This document shows, piece by piece, positions 1-10,736 of a stretch of DNA of 64,000 bases. Source of the stretch: an uncultured delta proteobacterium (GTDB taxonomy: Bacteria > Desulfobacterota > RBG-13-43-22); assembly GCA_963743305.1 (NCBI GenBank), contig CAVUPH010000007.1:64001-128000 (forward strand), written 5' to 3'. A program made the position numbers and the translations under genes. Below the pieces are notes generated by a model. The model was not told the DNA's origin and made no database searches. It saw nothing but the letters and a program-made list of their open reading frames with translations. Position 1 is the stretch's first letter; every line of letters begins with the position of its first letter.

Positions 1-298
1 CATGGATGAGGCCCTGGTGTTGGTGGCCCTGGATATTTCCCGGCGTCCCTATTTGCACTATGGCTGGAAAACCAGGAAAATCCGGGTGGAAGGCTTTGAT
101 ATCGGGCTCATCAAGGAGTTTTTTCAGGCCCTGGTCAATCGCGCCGGGGTGACCCTTCATATTCAGGTGATCCACGGCGAGAACCTGCACCATATTATTG
201 AAGCCATGTTTAAAGGGTTAGGCCGGGCCCTCCAGCAAGCCGGCCGCCGCCTGCCAGGGCGGCTACAAGTCGTCTCGACCAAGGGGATATTGGGATGA
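1..298 (+). CDS. hisB: Imidazoleglycerol-phosphate dehydratase (5'-truncated at window edge)
   Basis: MDEAL, GENLHHIIEAMFK and STKG motifs of IGPD. Confidence 0.95.
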   Translation, partial: MDEALVLVALDISRRPYLHYGWKTRKIRVEGFDIGLIKEFFQALVNRAGVTLHIQVIHGENLHHIIEAMFKGLGRALQQAGRRLPGRLQVVSTKGILG

Positions 299-966
299 AA
301 CGAATTTTCACGAATCGACTGGGGGGAATCCTTACTGCTCTGGGCCTTTTGGGGGGTCTGTTGACCGGCGCCTGGGCCGCCGATGCGCCGGCTAAGAAAC
401 GTCTGGTCCTGGTCCCCTTTCAGGTTGAGAGCCGAGGCAACGCGGACGTCATCCGCTGTCGGGCCTGTGGCAATATCTTGGGCGCTGGAAAGGTGGAAGG
501 AGATCCCAGTCCCGCCTTGACCCTATTGCTTTGGAATTTGCTGCAGGATCAGGTCAAGGGCTACGAATTGATCAGCCCCGGGCAGGCGGAAGGGGCCTAT
601 CAGACCCAACTGGCTAAAAAAATTGAACAAGACCCCATGGTTCTGATGAAGGCCATCGGGCAGGAGCTGAAGGCCGATGGGGTAATCTGGGGAGGGATTT
701 TTCGCTTCGAGAATCGAAAAGGAACCGCTTACGGGGTGCAGGAGCCGGCTTCCGTTTCCCTGGATCTGCATCTTCTCCGGGTCAGTGACGGGTCGATCGT
801 TTGGAAGACCCAGTGGAGCCATACCCAGAAATCCCTCAGTGAAGACCTCTTCCAATTGGGGGAGGTGGCCAAGAGGGGTCTGCGCTGGTTGACGGCGGAC
901 GAATTGGCCCAGTCGGGCCTGGCCCAGATGATCAAAAATTTTCCCGGCCCCCACGCTTGGGAATGA
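295..966 (+). CDS. Exported protein, CsgG/TolB-N-like fold
   Basis: Signal peptide (AWA); pattern LVLVPFQ...IGQELKADGVIWG...SVSLDLHLLRVSDGSIVW; a CxxC. Confidence 0.55.
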   Translation: MKRIFTNRLGGILTALGLLGGLLTGAWAADAPAKKRLVLVPFQVESRGNADVIRCRACGNILGAGKVEGDPSPALTLLLWNLLQDQVKGYELISPGQAEGAYQTQLAKKIEQDPMVLMKAIGQELKADGVIWGGIFRFENRKGTAYGVQEPASVSLDLHLLRVSDGSIVWKTQWSHTQKSLSEDLFQLGEVAKRGLRWLTADELAQSGLAQMIKNFPGPHAWE

Positions 967-1024
967 GCGGGCAAAACAAGCCGAGTGCGGGTTTGGGGGG
1001 GAGCGCTAGGTCGCGAGGGCCTCG

Positions 1025-1777
1025 ATGATTATCATTCCGGCGGTGGATATTAAGCAGGGCCTGTGTGTCCGCCTTCGGGAAGGGAAGGCGGACGCGGTGA
1101 CCGTTTTTTCCGATGACCCGGCACAGATGGCCCGGCAGTGGGTCGCTCAGGGGGCGGAACGTCTCCATGTGGTGGACTTGGACGGGGCCTTCGAAAAGGG
1201 GCCCCGTAATTTTTCCCTTATTAAAAAACTGGTCCGATCCGTCTCCATCCCGGTCCAACTGGGAGGGGGACTTCGTGATCTGAAGACCATCGTCCGTTAT
1301 TTGAAGGCCGGGGTCGCCCAGGTTATTTTGGGAACCATTGCGCAGAAGCAGCCAGCTCTGGCCCGGGAAGCCTGCCGCCTCTTTCCCGGCCGGATCATCA
1401 TTGGCATAGACGCCCGGGACAACCGGGTGGCCGTCGAAGGTTGGACCGAGGTTACTGCTCAGGATCCTCTGGATTTGGGCCGAAAATACGAAGACTGGGG
1501 GGTGCGGGCCATCATCTATACCGATATCCGCCGGGATGGGACTCAGAAAGGACCGGCCCAGCGGTCCACGCAACGTCTGGCCCAGGGACTGCAAGTCCCT
1601 ATTATTGCGGCCGGCGGGATTGCCACCCTGGAAGATGTTCAAAAAATGGCCCGGTTGGAAAAATATGGGGTGGCGGGGCTGATAACCGGGAAGGCGATCT
1701 ACAGCGGTTCCTTACGTTTGCCGGAGGCCATCGGCTGGCTTAAGAATAATTCCCAGGCCGGCCGCCTTTTTGAATAA
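1025..1777 (+). CDS. hisA: ProFAR isomerase
   Basis: IIPAVDIKQGLCVRL, HVVDLDGA, GGGLR, YTDIRRDG. Confidence 0.97.
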   Translation: MIIIPAVDIKQGLCVRLREGKADAVTVFSDDPAQMARQWVAQGAERLHVVDLDGAFEKGPRNFSLIKKLVRSVSIPVQLGGGLRDLKTIVRYLKAGVAQVILGTIAQKQPALAREACRLFPGRIIIGIDARDNRVAVEGWTEVTAQDPLDLGRKYEDWGVRAIIYTDIRRDGTQKGPAQRSTQRLAQGLQVPIIAAGGIATLEDVQKMARLEKYGVAGLITGKAIYSGSLRLPEAIGWLKNNSQAGRLFE

Positions 1778-1783
1778 TACCTA

Positions 1784-1812
1784 TTGACTTATTCAGTTAT
1801 TATAATCATAAT
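1784..1812 (+). promoter_or_regulatory. Sigma70-type promoter of rpsU-dnaG-rpoD
   Basis: TTGACT-17 nt-CATAAT upstream of rpsU. Confidence 0.6.
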
Positions 1813-1869
1813 AAAGGTTTGACTAAAAAAACAATTTAAATAAATTTTCGATGGGAGGGAGGGAATTGA

Positions 1870-2067
1870 ATGACGGGCGTAAGGATCAAGTCTGCTGAAT
1901 CCTTTGAAAACGCCTTAAGACGGTTCAAGAAACAGTGCGAAAAGGCCGGAATTCTTTCAGAGGTCCGCAAAAGAGAATATTATGAAAAGCCCAGCGTCAA
2001 GCGGAAAAAGAAGGCCTTAGCCGCCAAAAAAAGAGCACTCCGGAGAATGCGGAAATTTGAATCATGA
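1870..2067 (+). CDS. rpsU: 30S ribosomal protein S21
   Basis: [28 protein letters not shown]; GGAGG RBS. Confidence 0.98.
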   Translation: MTGVRIKSAESFENALRRFKKQCEKAGILSEVRKREYYEKPSVKRKKKALAAKKRALRRMRKFES

Positions 2068-2429
2068 TTTCTCTCCGGGTGCGGATCGAGGCCGTTTTTA
2101 CTTAAGCGTTTAAATCCCGAGCTAAAGAGCGGCTTCTAGAAGGCGCCTATTACGCACTTCGTTGAAAAACCGGATTGAACAATTTCAAAAGGAGAAATTA
2201 TCGGCGGTTGAGATTTGAAAACCGTCCTGATATTTGCCTAAAATCCATGAAGCTCCCACCAGAGTATCGGCGGGAGCTTCAAAACTTTCGGGAAACCGTG
2301 GGAATCCCCTGGACCATAGATTCTTAGCTAGATGTTGGGTTAGCGTTTTGGTCCAATCACGAGTCTGCAGCGTCTCCGCATCGTTGACCGCCAACCCCCA
2401 ATCGAGCCCGCGAGCCGACGGATAAGCCG

Positions 2430-4208
2430 ATGGCCTTCATCTCCGAATCGTTTGTCAGTCAACTCAAGGAGGCTTCCAATATCGTTTCGGTTATTTCGAG
2501 ATTTGTCCCCTTAAAGAAGGCCGGACGCAATTTTTTAGGGCTTTGTCCTTTCCATCAGGAAAAGACGCCCTCCTTGACGGTTAATGAAGAAAAACAGATT
2601 TTTCATTGCTTCGGCTGCGGGTTAGGGGGCAATGTCTTTACGTTTCTCATGCACTACCAGCGCTTGAGTTTTCCGGAAGCGGTTAACGAATTGGCCCAGT
2701 TTCTGGGGATGGCGGTCCCGACCGCCGTGCTTTCCAGCGAACAGGTGGTGGAAAATCGCCAGCGGGATGAACTAAGGACCATTCATCAACTAGCGGCGGA
2801 TTTTTATCATCGCCAACTGATGTCCGCCCAGGGGGGACGGCCGGGCCGGGAATATCTGCGCCGGCGGAAAATGACCCGGGGGATCATCGAAGAGTTTACC
2901 CTGGGCTATGCTCCGGACGCCTGGGATCGGTTGGCCCAATTTTTACAGCAACAGGGTTTGGAACCGTCCCGGATAGAACAATCGGGCCTGGTAATCAAGA
3001 AAGACCGGGGAGGGTTTTATGACCGGTTCCGCAATCGACTGATCTTTCCGATCTGGGATGAAAAAAAACGGGTGGTGGCATTCGGGGGTCGGACCTTGGG
3101 GGAAGACAATCCTAAGTATTTGAATTCCCCTGAATCCCTCATTTTCAGCAAGGGACGGTCGCTCTATGGCCTACCCCAGGCTTTGCCGATCATTCGGCAG
3201 GAACGGCAAGCGTTGATCGTCGAGGGCTATTTTGACTGTTTGAGCCTCCATCTTCATGGTTTTAAACAGACGGTGGCCACCTTGGGGACGGCCCTGGGCG
3301 CCCATCAAGTTCACCGCTTGAAGGGGATGGCCGAAGAACTTATATTGGTCTATGACGGGGATTCGGCCGGACGGCAGGCGGCCTTGCGCAGTGTGGCTAT
3401 TTTCCAGGAGGAGGGGGTTTCCGCCCGGATCAAAGTCCTGCCCCCCCAGGCCGATCCGGACAGTTACTTGTTCCAGGTCGGGGCCGAGCGGTTTGCCGCG
3501 GAGTTGAAGGAGTCCGTCCCGATGATGGTTTTTTTTCTGGACCAGCATTTGGAGGGGGTCTCGGGCGACATTCAAGATCGACTCCGAGCCTTGGAAAAAG
3601 TCCTGCCGACGATCCAGTCCCTGGCCCCGGCCGAGCAGGCGTATTATGTCCAATTGCTCGGCGAACGGTTGACGCTGTCGGAATCGGCGATCAACCAGAT
3701 GCTGAGGGCCCAAGGGCGGACTAATCCGGCAGCCCGGATTGCTGAAAAAATCAAAGGGGATCAGGTTCAGGGCCTGGAGTGGCGGATCATCGAAGCCCTG
3801 CTGCGAATCCCTCAGGCGCCGGAACGGCTCTTGAACCGGGATTTGCACCACGTCGTGGTCGGTGTGGAAGCCGTCCAGGTGTTTAACGCCATTTCTCAGA
3901 CGGTGAAAGAAAAAGGCCAGATGGATCTGGTTTGGCTGCTGGAGCGGTTGGAGAATCAAACCCTCAAAAATCGGGTGGCGGCCCTGGCCCTTCAGGAGTT
4001 TGTCGACGAGCGCGATCAGGATTCTTTTTTGCTAGACTTGTTGAAGACCCTTGAACTGAGAGCCATTCGCCGTCGGGAAAGGTCTCTGCTCCAGGCCATT
4101 CAGGACCAGGAGCGACAAGGGATGACGTCTGAGTTGATGGCCCTGCTGGAGAGGAAACAGGACCTGCTTAAACAACGGAAGCAACTATTAGCCCCCATGA
4201 AGAATTAA
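2430..4208 (+). CDS. dnaG: DNA primase
   Basis: CPFH...CFGC Zn finger, KYLNSPE, EGYFD, YDGD TOPRIM motif. Confidence 0.98.
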   Translation: MAFISESFVSQLKEASNIVSVISRFVPLKKAGRNFLGLCPFHQEKTPSLTVNEEKQIFHCFGCGLGGNVFTFLMHYQRLSFPEAVNELAQFLGMAVPTAVLSSEQVVENRQRDELRTIHQLAADFYHRQLMSAQGGRPGREYLRRRKMTRGIIEEFTLGYAPDAWDRLAQFLQQQGLEPSRIEQSGLVIKKDRGGFYDRFRNRLIFPIWDEKKRVVAFGGRTLGEDNPKYLNSPESLIFSKGRSLYGLPQALPIIRQERQALIVEGYFDCLSLHLHGFKQTVATLGTALGAHQVHRLKGMAEELILVYDGDSAGRQAALRSVAIFQEEGVSARIKVLPPQADPDSYLFQVGAERFAAELKESVPMMVFFLDQHLEGVSGDIQDRLRALEKVLPTIQSLAPAEQAYYVQLLGERLTLSESAINQMLRAQGRTNPAARIAEKIKGDQVQGLEWRIIEALLRIPQAPERLLNRDLHHVVVGVEAVQVFNAISQTVKEKGQMDLVWLLERLENQTLKNRVAALALQEFVDERDQDSFLLDLLKTLELRAIRRRERSLLQAIQDQERQGMTSELMALLERKQDLLKQRKQLLAPMKN

Positions 4209-4217
4209 GGAGCTCTA

Positions 4218-5960
4218 ATGTCTAAAAATACCACTCTGGAAGATTTCAAGATGATTTCTCTGACCAAAGAAAAGGAATATCTGGATCTGGAGGAGGGCGG
4301 GGAGGCTTTGACCCAGGAATTAGTGGGTCACGAACCCATCGATGATATGTTGTTGATCTTTGAAGAAACGGATATTCAGCTTCTGGACGCCACGCCCCGG
4401 GGCCGAACCAAAGATAAGCTGGAGGAGGAGCGAACCGAGGAAGAGGAGGAAACGGAAATTCGCTGGGGGACGGAAGTAGGGGCTAAAACCACCGACCCGG
4501 TAAAAATGTACTTGAAGGAAATGGGATATTATTCCCTCCTGACCCGGGAAGGGGAGGTGGAAATCGCCAAACGGATCGAAGAGGGCAAGCACGAGGTCAT
4601 TAATGCCTTGCTGGAATCCCCGGTAGGCATTAAGGAATTTATCACCCTGGGTGAAAAATTCCAACAGGGGATCGTCAAGCTGAGAGAGATCGTTCGAGAC
4701 AGCGATGACGAAGAACCGTTTATCGAAACCGAGGCCCATCGAAAAAAAGTCCTGCAGCTTTTCTTGGAAGTCAAGACGATCTATGAAAAGAACATCAAGC
4801 TGCAGGAGAAATTAGGGCAGGATTTGGTGGCCGCTCGCAAGAAAAAGATCAAGGATCAGATCGATGAGAATAAGCACCGGATCGTCGAGCGCCTAAAAGA
4901 ATTGCGGTTGGATAAACGGCAGATCGACCGGGTAGTCAATAAGCTTCGGGCTTTCGTTGATCGCATCGAAAAGGGGGAAGCGGAGATTCAGGAGGCCTTA
5001 AAAAGGGTCTCGATTCCTTTGACGGATCTAAAAAAACCACTCCGCAAGTTTAAACAGGACGGCCAGTCCCGGTCCTTAGTGCGGCTGACCGGTCTTTCCA
5101 AGGAAGAGCTACTGGAACTGGACCGCCGGGTCCGCAACGGGGAGCGGAAAGTTCGCCGGGTGGAACAAGAATCGAAGATGACTTCCAAGTTTTTGAAGAA
5201 AATCCTCCGGCAAATCGAGAACGGGGAGTATAAGGCCAAGTATGCCAAATCCGAACTGATCGAGGCCAATTTGCGTCTGGTGGTCAGCATCGCCAAGAAA
5301 TATACCAATCGTGGTCTGCAGTTTCTGGATTTGATCCAAGAGGGCAACATCGGACTGATGAAGGCGGTGGACAAGTTTGAATACCAGCGAGGGTATAAAT
5401 TTAGCACTTATGCCACCTGGTGGGTACGTCAGGCCATAACCCGGGCTATCGCCGACCAGGCCCGAACCATTCGCATCCCGGTGCACATGATCGAAACCAT
5501 CAATAAGCTGATTCGTACTGCCCGCTATCTGGTCCAGGAGATGGGACGGGAACCCACCCCGGAGGAAATCGCCGAGCGAATGGAATTCCCGCTGGATAAG
5601 GTGCGTAAGGTCTTAAAGATTGCCAAAGAGCCCATTTCCCTGGAAACACCGATCGGCGAGGAGGAGGACAGTCATCTGCGGGATTTCATTGAAGACAAGA
5701 AGATATTGTCGCCCTCGGAAGCGGTGATCCGTCTGAACCTCTCCGAGCAGACCCGTAAGGTGCTGTCCACCCTGACTTCCAGGGAAGAGAAGGTCTTACG
5801 CATGCGGTTCGGTATCGGGGAAAAAGCCGATCATACCCTGGAAGAAGTGGGCCGGGATTTTGACGTCACCCGGGAACGTATCCGCCAGATTGAGGCTAAG
5901 GCCCTGCGCAAACTCCGCCATCCCAGCCGGAGTAAGCGGTTGAAAAGCTTCGTGGATTAG
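4218..5960 (+). CDS. rpoD: RNA polymerase sigma-70 factor
   Basis: [59 protein letters not shown]. Confidence 0.99.
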   Translation: MSKNTTLEDFKMISLTKEKEYLDLEEGGEALTQELVGHEPIDDMLLIFEETDIQLLDATPRGRTKDKLEEERTEEEEETEIRWGTEVGAKTTDPVKMYLKEMGYYSLLTREGEVEIAKRIEEGKHEVINALLESPVGIKEFITLGEKFQQGIVKLREIVRDSDDEEPFIETEAHRKKVLQLFLEVKTIYEKNIKLQEKLGQDLVAARKKKIKDQIDENKHRIVERLKELRLDKRQIDRVVNKLRAFVDRIEKGEAEIQEALKRVSIPLTDLKKPLRKFKQDGQSRSLVRLTGLSKEELLELDRRVRNGERKVRRVEQESKMTSKFLKKILRQIENGEYKAKYAKSELIEANLRLVVSIAKKYTNRGLQFLDLIQEGNIGLMKAVDKFEYQRGYKFSTYATWWVRQAITRAIADQARTIRIPVHMIETINKLIRTARYLVQEMGREPTPEEIAERMEFPLDKVRKVLKIAKEPISLETPIGEEEDSHLRDFIEDKKILSPSEAVIRLNLSEQTRKVLSTLTSREEKVLRMRFGIGEKADHTLEEVGRDFDVTRERIRQIEAKALRKLRHPSRSKRLKSFVD

Positions 5961-6284
5961 AATGAGAAAGGATCGATTGGCAACTGCCGACCGGACGGCT
6001 GCGAGCGCTTTGGGCGGATAGGCGTTTGAAACGGCCTACGGTCACCCGTTGACCTCTTCCTCGGCCTCCCCGACCACCGCGCCGCCGTAGCTGTTTCCCT
6101 TGGGAGGCTTCCCCGGAGTTGAATCCAAACCAGGCCGGCTATTTTGTGACCAGGACATCTCGCTTCCTCTGATCATTCAACCCCCTCTTTGTTTCTTCGG
6201 TAGAACGTATTTTTCACTTCGGGATATTTAACATCCGAGATATTAGGGTGTCTGAGAAGAAAACGGGCAGTTTAGTCAGGTCTA

Positions 6285-6313
6285 TTGACTTAAGAGGTCC
6301 ATTAGACTATATT
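6285..6313 (+). promoter_or_regulatory. Sigma70-type promoter of the efflux operon
   Basis: TTGACT-17 nt-TATATT. Confidence 0.5.
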
Positions 6314-6390
6314 TTTTCCTCTTGAGGGACCCCAGGCGGTTCCCGGGCGCTCCTGAGGGAGCTCCACTCTTTTGATTTCTTGGCGAGGTC

Positions 6391-7620
6391 ATGATGGTTG
6401 AAGAACTTTCGGAAAAACAGGCATTAACGAACCGTCCCCGCGGGGGCGTACGCCGGCGTTGGTGGGCCGTTGTTCTGCTGGTCGCCCTGATCGGCGGGGC
6501 CGGGACGGTGGCCTATTTAGTGAAGGGGGGAAATACGCGAGCTCCGGGGGCTAAACCAGCGGCCGGCCCTCCCGTTCGCGCCGTAGCGGTGGCAGCCGTG
6601 GCCGCCAAGCTAGGGGAAATGCCCATCTACCTTAATGGGCTGGGATCCGTGATCCCCCTGAATACGGTCACGGTTAAGAGCCGCGTCGACGGACAGCTTA
6701 TGGAGGTCCTCTTCCAGGAGGGGCAGACCGTGAATAAGGGTCAACTCCTGGCCCGGATCGACCCTCGACCTTTCGAGGTGCAGTTGACCCAGGCCGAAGG
6801 GCAGATGGCGCGGGACCAAGCGCTCCTGAAAAACGCCGTTCTCGACTTGGAGCGCTACCGAGGTCTCTGGCAGCAGGACTCCATCCCCAAACAGCAACTC
6901 GACACCCAGGAGGCCCTGGTGCGCCAGTACGAAGGAACGGTGAGGGCCGACCAGGGGCCGATCGATAACGCCAAGCTGCAATTGGTTTACTGCCGGATAA
7001 CGGCTCCCCTCAGCGGCCGGGTCGGTCTACGTCTGGTGGATCCGGGCAATATCATCCATGCCGCCGATCCCAGCGGGCTGGTGGTTACCACCCAGCTTCA
7101 ACCCATCTCGGTTATTTTTTCTCTGCCCGAGGACAACATTCCCCAGATACTCGCCCAGCTCAAGGCCGGCCGGCGTCCTCCAGTTCTGGCCCTCGACCGG
7201 GATCAGAGCAAAAAACTGGCCCGGGGACATCTGCTGACCATCGACAATCAGATCGATGCCAACACCGGGACCGTGCGGCTGAAGGCCCTGTTTGAAAACA
7301 AGGACAATCAATTGTTTCCCAACCAATTCGTCAATGCCCGCTTGTTGGCGGAGGTCAGAAAAGATGTTATCATCATCCCGGCGGCGGCCATCCAACAAGG
7401 TCCCCGAGGGGCCTTCGTCTATTTGGTTAACGCGGACCGGACCGTGTCCGTCCGCCCGGTCAGCGTCGGCGAGATACAGGGCGCCGAGGCCTCCCTCCAG
7501 TCCGGTCTGACCAGCGGGGATCGGGTGGTCGTGGACGGCGCCGAACGGCTGCGGGAAGGGGCCAGAGTGGAATTGCGGGAGAAGGGCAACGGGAACGGAA
7601 ACGGCCGGCGGAGTCGCTGA
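6391..7620 (+). CDS. mdtA: RND efflux periplasmic adaptor, MdtA/MuxA type
   Basis: N-terminal TM; [31 protein letters not shown]. Confidence 0.92.
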   Translation: MMVEELSEKQALTNRPRGGVRRRWWAVVLLVALIGGAGTVAYLVKGGNTRAPGAKPAAGPPVRAVAVAAVAAKLGEMPIYLNGLGSVIPLNTVTVKSRVDGQLMEVLFQEGQTVNKGQLLARIDPRPFEVQLTQAEGQMARDQALLKNAVLDLERYRGLWQQDSIPKQQLDTQEALVRQYEGTVRADQGPIDNAKLQLVYCRITAPLSGRVGLRLVDPGNIIHAADPSGLVVTTQLQPISVIFSLPEDNIPQILAQLKAGRRPPVLALDRDQSKKLARGHLLTIDNQIDANTGTVRLKALFENKDNQLFPNQFVNARLLAEVRKDVIIIPAAAIQQGPRGAFVYLVNADRTVSVRPVSVGEIQGAEASLQSGLTSGDRVVVDGAERLREGARVELREKGNGNGNGRRSR

Positions 7621-10600
7621 TGAACCTTTCCCGCCCTTTCATCCTGCGACCGGTGGCCACCACCTTGCTGATGGTGGCCCTCCTTCTGGCCGGCGTCGTG
7701 GCCTACCGTGAACTGGCCGTCTCGGCCCTGCCCCAGGTGGATTATCCCACCATTCAAGTTCGGACCTTTTATCCCGGCGCCAGTCCCGATGTTATGGCCT
7801 CGTCGGTGACCGCCCCTCTGGAACGACAATTCGGGCAAATGCCCGGTCTGACCCAGATGACCTCTACCAGCTCCAGCGGCAGTTCGATCATCACCCTGCA
7901 GTTCACCCTGGACTTGAGTCTCGACGTGGCCGAGCAGCAGGTCCAAGCCGCGATCAACGCGTCCTTTACCTTTCTTCCCCGAGACCTGCCGTCTCCGCCG
8001 GTGTATAGCAAAGTCAATCCGGCCGATGCCCCGATCCTGACCCTGGCCCTGACCTCCAAGACCTTAACCCTGCCCACCGTGGAAGATCTGGCCGACACCC
8101 GGTTCGCCCAAAAGATCTCTCAATTACCCGGTGTGGGTCTGGTGAGCATCAGCGGCGGTCAGCGGCCGGCGGTGCGGATTTTGGCCAATCCTACGGCCCT
8201 GGCCGCCTATGGACTGTCTTTGGAAGACCTGCGGACGGCCATTACCAATGCCAACGTCAATCTGGCCAAGGGCAGCTTCGACGGCCCACGCCAGGCCTAT
8301 AGCATCGAGGCCAACGATCAGCTTTTTACCAGCAGTCAATACCGTCCTCTGATCATCGCTTATAAAAACGGGGCACCCATAAAATTGTCCGCTGTGGCCG
8401 AAACCGTGGACGATGCCGAAAATATCCAGCAGGCGGCCTGGACCGACACGGTCCCGGCCGTGATCTTAAATATCCAAAGGCAGCCGGGGGCCAATGTCAT
8501 CGAAGTGGTCGACCGGATCAAGAAATTGATGCCCAAATTGCAGGGTTCCCTGCCGGCGGCCGTCCAAGTCTCGGTTCTGACCGACCGGACTACGACCATT
8601 CGCGCCTCGGTCCGGGATGTAGAGTTCGAGCTGATGCTGGCCGTGGCCCTGGTGATCCTGGTCATCTTTATCTTCCTGCGCAACCTTTCGGCCACGACGA
8701 TTCCCAGCGTGGCCGTCCCCCTTTCTCTGGTGGGTACTTTTGGGGTCATGTATCTTTTGGGATATAGTCTGAACAACCTCACGTTGATGGCCCTGACCAT
8801 TTCCACCGGATTCGTCGTCGATGACGCCATAGTCATGATCGAAAATATCACCCGGTTTATCGAGGAAGGAGATAATCCCCTCGAGGCCGCCCTCAAAGGC
8901 TCCAAACAGATCGGCTTTACCATCTTGTCTCTGACCGTTTCCCTGATCGCCGTGCTTATTCCCCTTTTGTTCATGGGCGACGTGGTGGGTCGGTTGTTCC
9001 GGGAATTTGCCGTCACTCTGGGGGTGACCATCATCATTTCCGCCGCCGTCTCCCTGACCCTGACGCCGATGATGTGCGCCCGTCTCCTCAAACACACTCC
9101 CCCGGAGCGTCAGGGCCGGTTTTACCGGGTCTCCGGGCAGATGTTCGACCGCATTATCGCCGACTACGGCCGGAGCTTGCGCTGGGTGCTCAGGCATCAG
9201 CAGGCGACCCTCATCGTGGCCGTCGGCACCCTGATCCTGACCGTGGTCTTGTTTTTCATCGTTCCGAAAGGGTTTTTCCCGGTCCAGGACACGGGGCTTC
9301 TCCTCGGCATATCGGACGCCCCCCAAACGATCTCCTTTCCCGCCATGGCCGGGAGACAACAGGACCTGGCCAGGGTGATCCTCAAGGATCCGGCGGTCAT
9401 GAGCCTGTCCTCTTTTATCGGGATCGACGGGACCAACGCCACCCTCAACAGCGGACGGGTCCTGATCAACCTCAAGCCCCTGGAAGAGCGGGGGATCAGC
9501 GCCACCCAGGTGATCAACCGGCTCCAGCCGGAGCTGGCCCGGGTCGAAGGGATCCGGCTCTTTCTCCAGCCGGTACAGGACCTGACGGTCGACGCCCGGG
9601 TGAGCCGTACCCAATTCCAGTATACCATGGAAGACCCCGACGCCCAGGAATTGTATGTCTGGGCCCCCAGGCTGGTGCAGGCCTTAAGCCGGCGACCCGA
9701 GCTTCAGGAGGTCAGCAGCGATCAGCAGGACCAGGGCCTGCGGCTGGCCGTGGACATCGACCGCAATACGGCTTCCCGCTTCGGCATCCAACCGCAACTC
9801 ATCGACGATACGCTTTACGATGGTTACGGACAGCGAATCATCTCGACCATCTTTACCCAATTGAACCAGTACCGGGTCATTCTGGGCCTCAAGCCGGAGT
9901 TTCAGCAGGATCCGAGTAAAATAGGAAACCTCTACCTCCCGGGGAAAACCGGAGGGCCGGTACCGCTCAGCGCCTTCACCCGGACCTCGGAGACGACCGG
10001 ACCGCTGCTCATCAGCCGCCAGGGACAATTCCCCTCGGTGACCATCTCCTTCGACTTAAAAAAAGGGGCCTCTTTGGGAACGGCCGTTCAAGCCGTGGAG
10101 GAAACGGCCCGGCAGTTAGGCCTGCCCTCCAGCATCCGGGGGAGTTTTCAGGGAACGGCCCAGGCCTTCAAGGCTTCCCTGGCCAGCGAGCCCCTGCTGA
10201 TCCTGGCGGCCCTGATAACGGTCTACATCGTCCTGGGCATCCTTTACGAGAGCTACATCCACCCCATCACCATTCTTTCCACCCTGCCCTCAGCCGGGGT
10301 GGGGGCCTTCCTGGCCCTGTTGATATTTCGATCCGAATTCAGTGTCATTGCCCTGATCGGCATCATCCTGCTCATCGGCATCGTCAAAAAGAACGGGATT
10401 ATGATGGTCGATTTCGCCCTTGAGGCCGAGCGTAAGGAGGGGAAGACACCGGAGGAGGCCATCTACCAGGCCTCTTTGTTGCGTTTCCGGCCGATCATGA
10501 TGACCACCCTGGCCGCCCTGCTCGGGGCCCTTCCTCTGGCCATCGGCGGCGGAGTAGGGTCGGAGCTGCGACACCCCTTGGGGATATCCATCGTCGGCGG

Positions 10601-10736
10601 TCTGATCATCAGTCAGATCCTGACCTTCTACACCACGCCGGTCATCTATCTGGCCTTCGACCGGTTGGCCCAAAGGATCAAAAACCGTCGAACCCATAAT
10701 TCAGACGATGAACCTTTCAGCCCACTTCATCAATAG
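7620..10736 (+). CDS. mdtB: RND efflux permease, MdtB/MuxB type
   Basis: [39 protein letters not shown]. Confidence 0.93.
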   Translation: MNLSRPFILRPVATTLLMVALLLAGVVAYRELAVSALPQVDYPTIQVRTFYPGASPDVMASSVTAPLERQFGQMPGLTQMTSTSSSGSSIITLQFTLDLSLDVAEQQVQAAINASFTFLPRDLPSPPVYSKVNPADAPILTLALTSKTLTLPTVEDLADTRFAQKISQLPGVGLVSISGGQRPAVRILANPTALAAYGLSLEDLRTAITNANVNLAKGSFDGPRQAYSIEANDQLFTSSQYRPLIIAYKNGAPIKLSAVAETVDDAENIQQAAWTDTVPAVILNIQRQPGANVIEVVDRIKKLMPKLQGSLPAAVQVSVLTDRTTTIRASVRDVEFELMLAVALVILVIFIFLRNLSATTIPSVAVPLSLVGTFGVMYLLGYSLNNLTLMALTISTGFVVDDAIVMIENITRFIEEGDNPLEAALKGSKQIGFTILSLTVSLIAVLIPLLFMGDVVGRLFREFAVTLGVTIIISAAVSLTLTPMMCARLLKHTPPERQGRFYRVSGQMFDRIIADYGRSLRWVLRHQQATLIVAVGTLILTVVLFFIVPKGFFPVQDTGLLLGISDAPQTISFPAMAGRQQDLARVILKDPAVMSLSSFIGIDGTNATLNSGRVLINLKPLEERGISATQVINRLQPELARVEGIRLFLQPVQDLTVDARVSRTQFQYTMEDPDAQELYVWAPRLVQALSRRPELQEVSSDQQDQGLRLAVDIDRNTASRFGIQPQLIDDTLYDGYGQRIISTIFTQLNQYRVILGLKPEFQQDPSKIGNLYLPGKTGGPVPLSAFTRTSETTGPLLISRQGQFPSVTISFDLKKGASLGTAVQAVEETARQLGLPSSIRGSFQGTAQAFKASLASEPLLILAALITVYIVLGILYESYIHPITILSTLPSAGVGAFLALLIFRSEFSVIALIGIILLIGIVKKNGIMMVDFALEAERKEGKTPEEAIYQASLLRFRPIMMTTLAALLGALPLAIGGGVGSELRHPLGISIVGGLIISQILTFYTTPVIYLAFDRLAQRIKNRRTHNSDDEPFSPLHQ

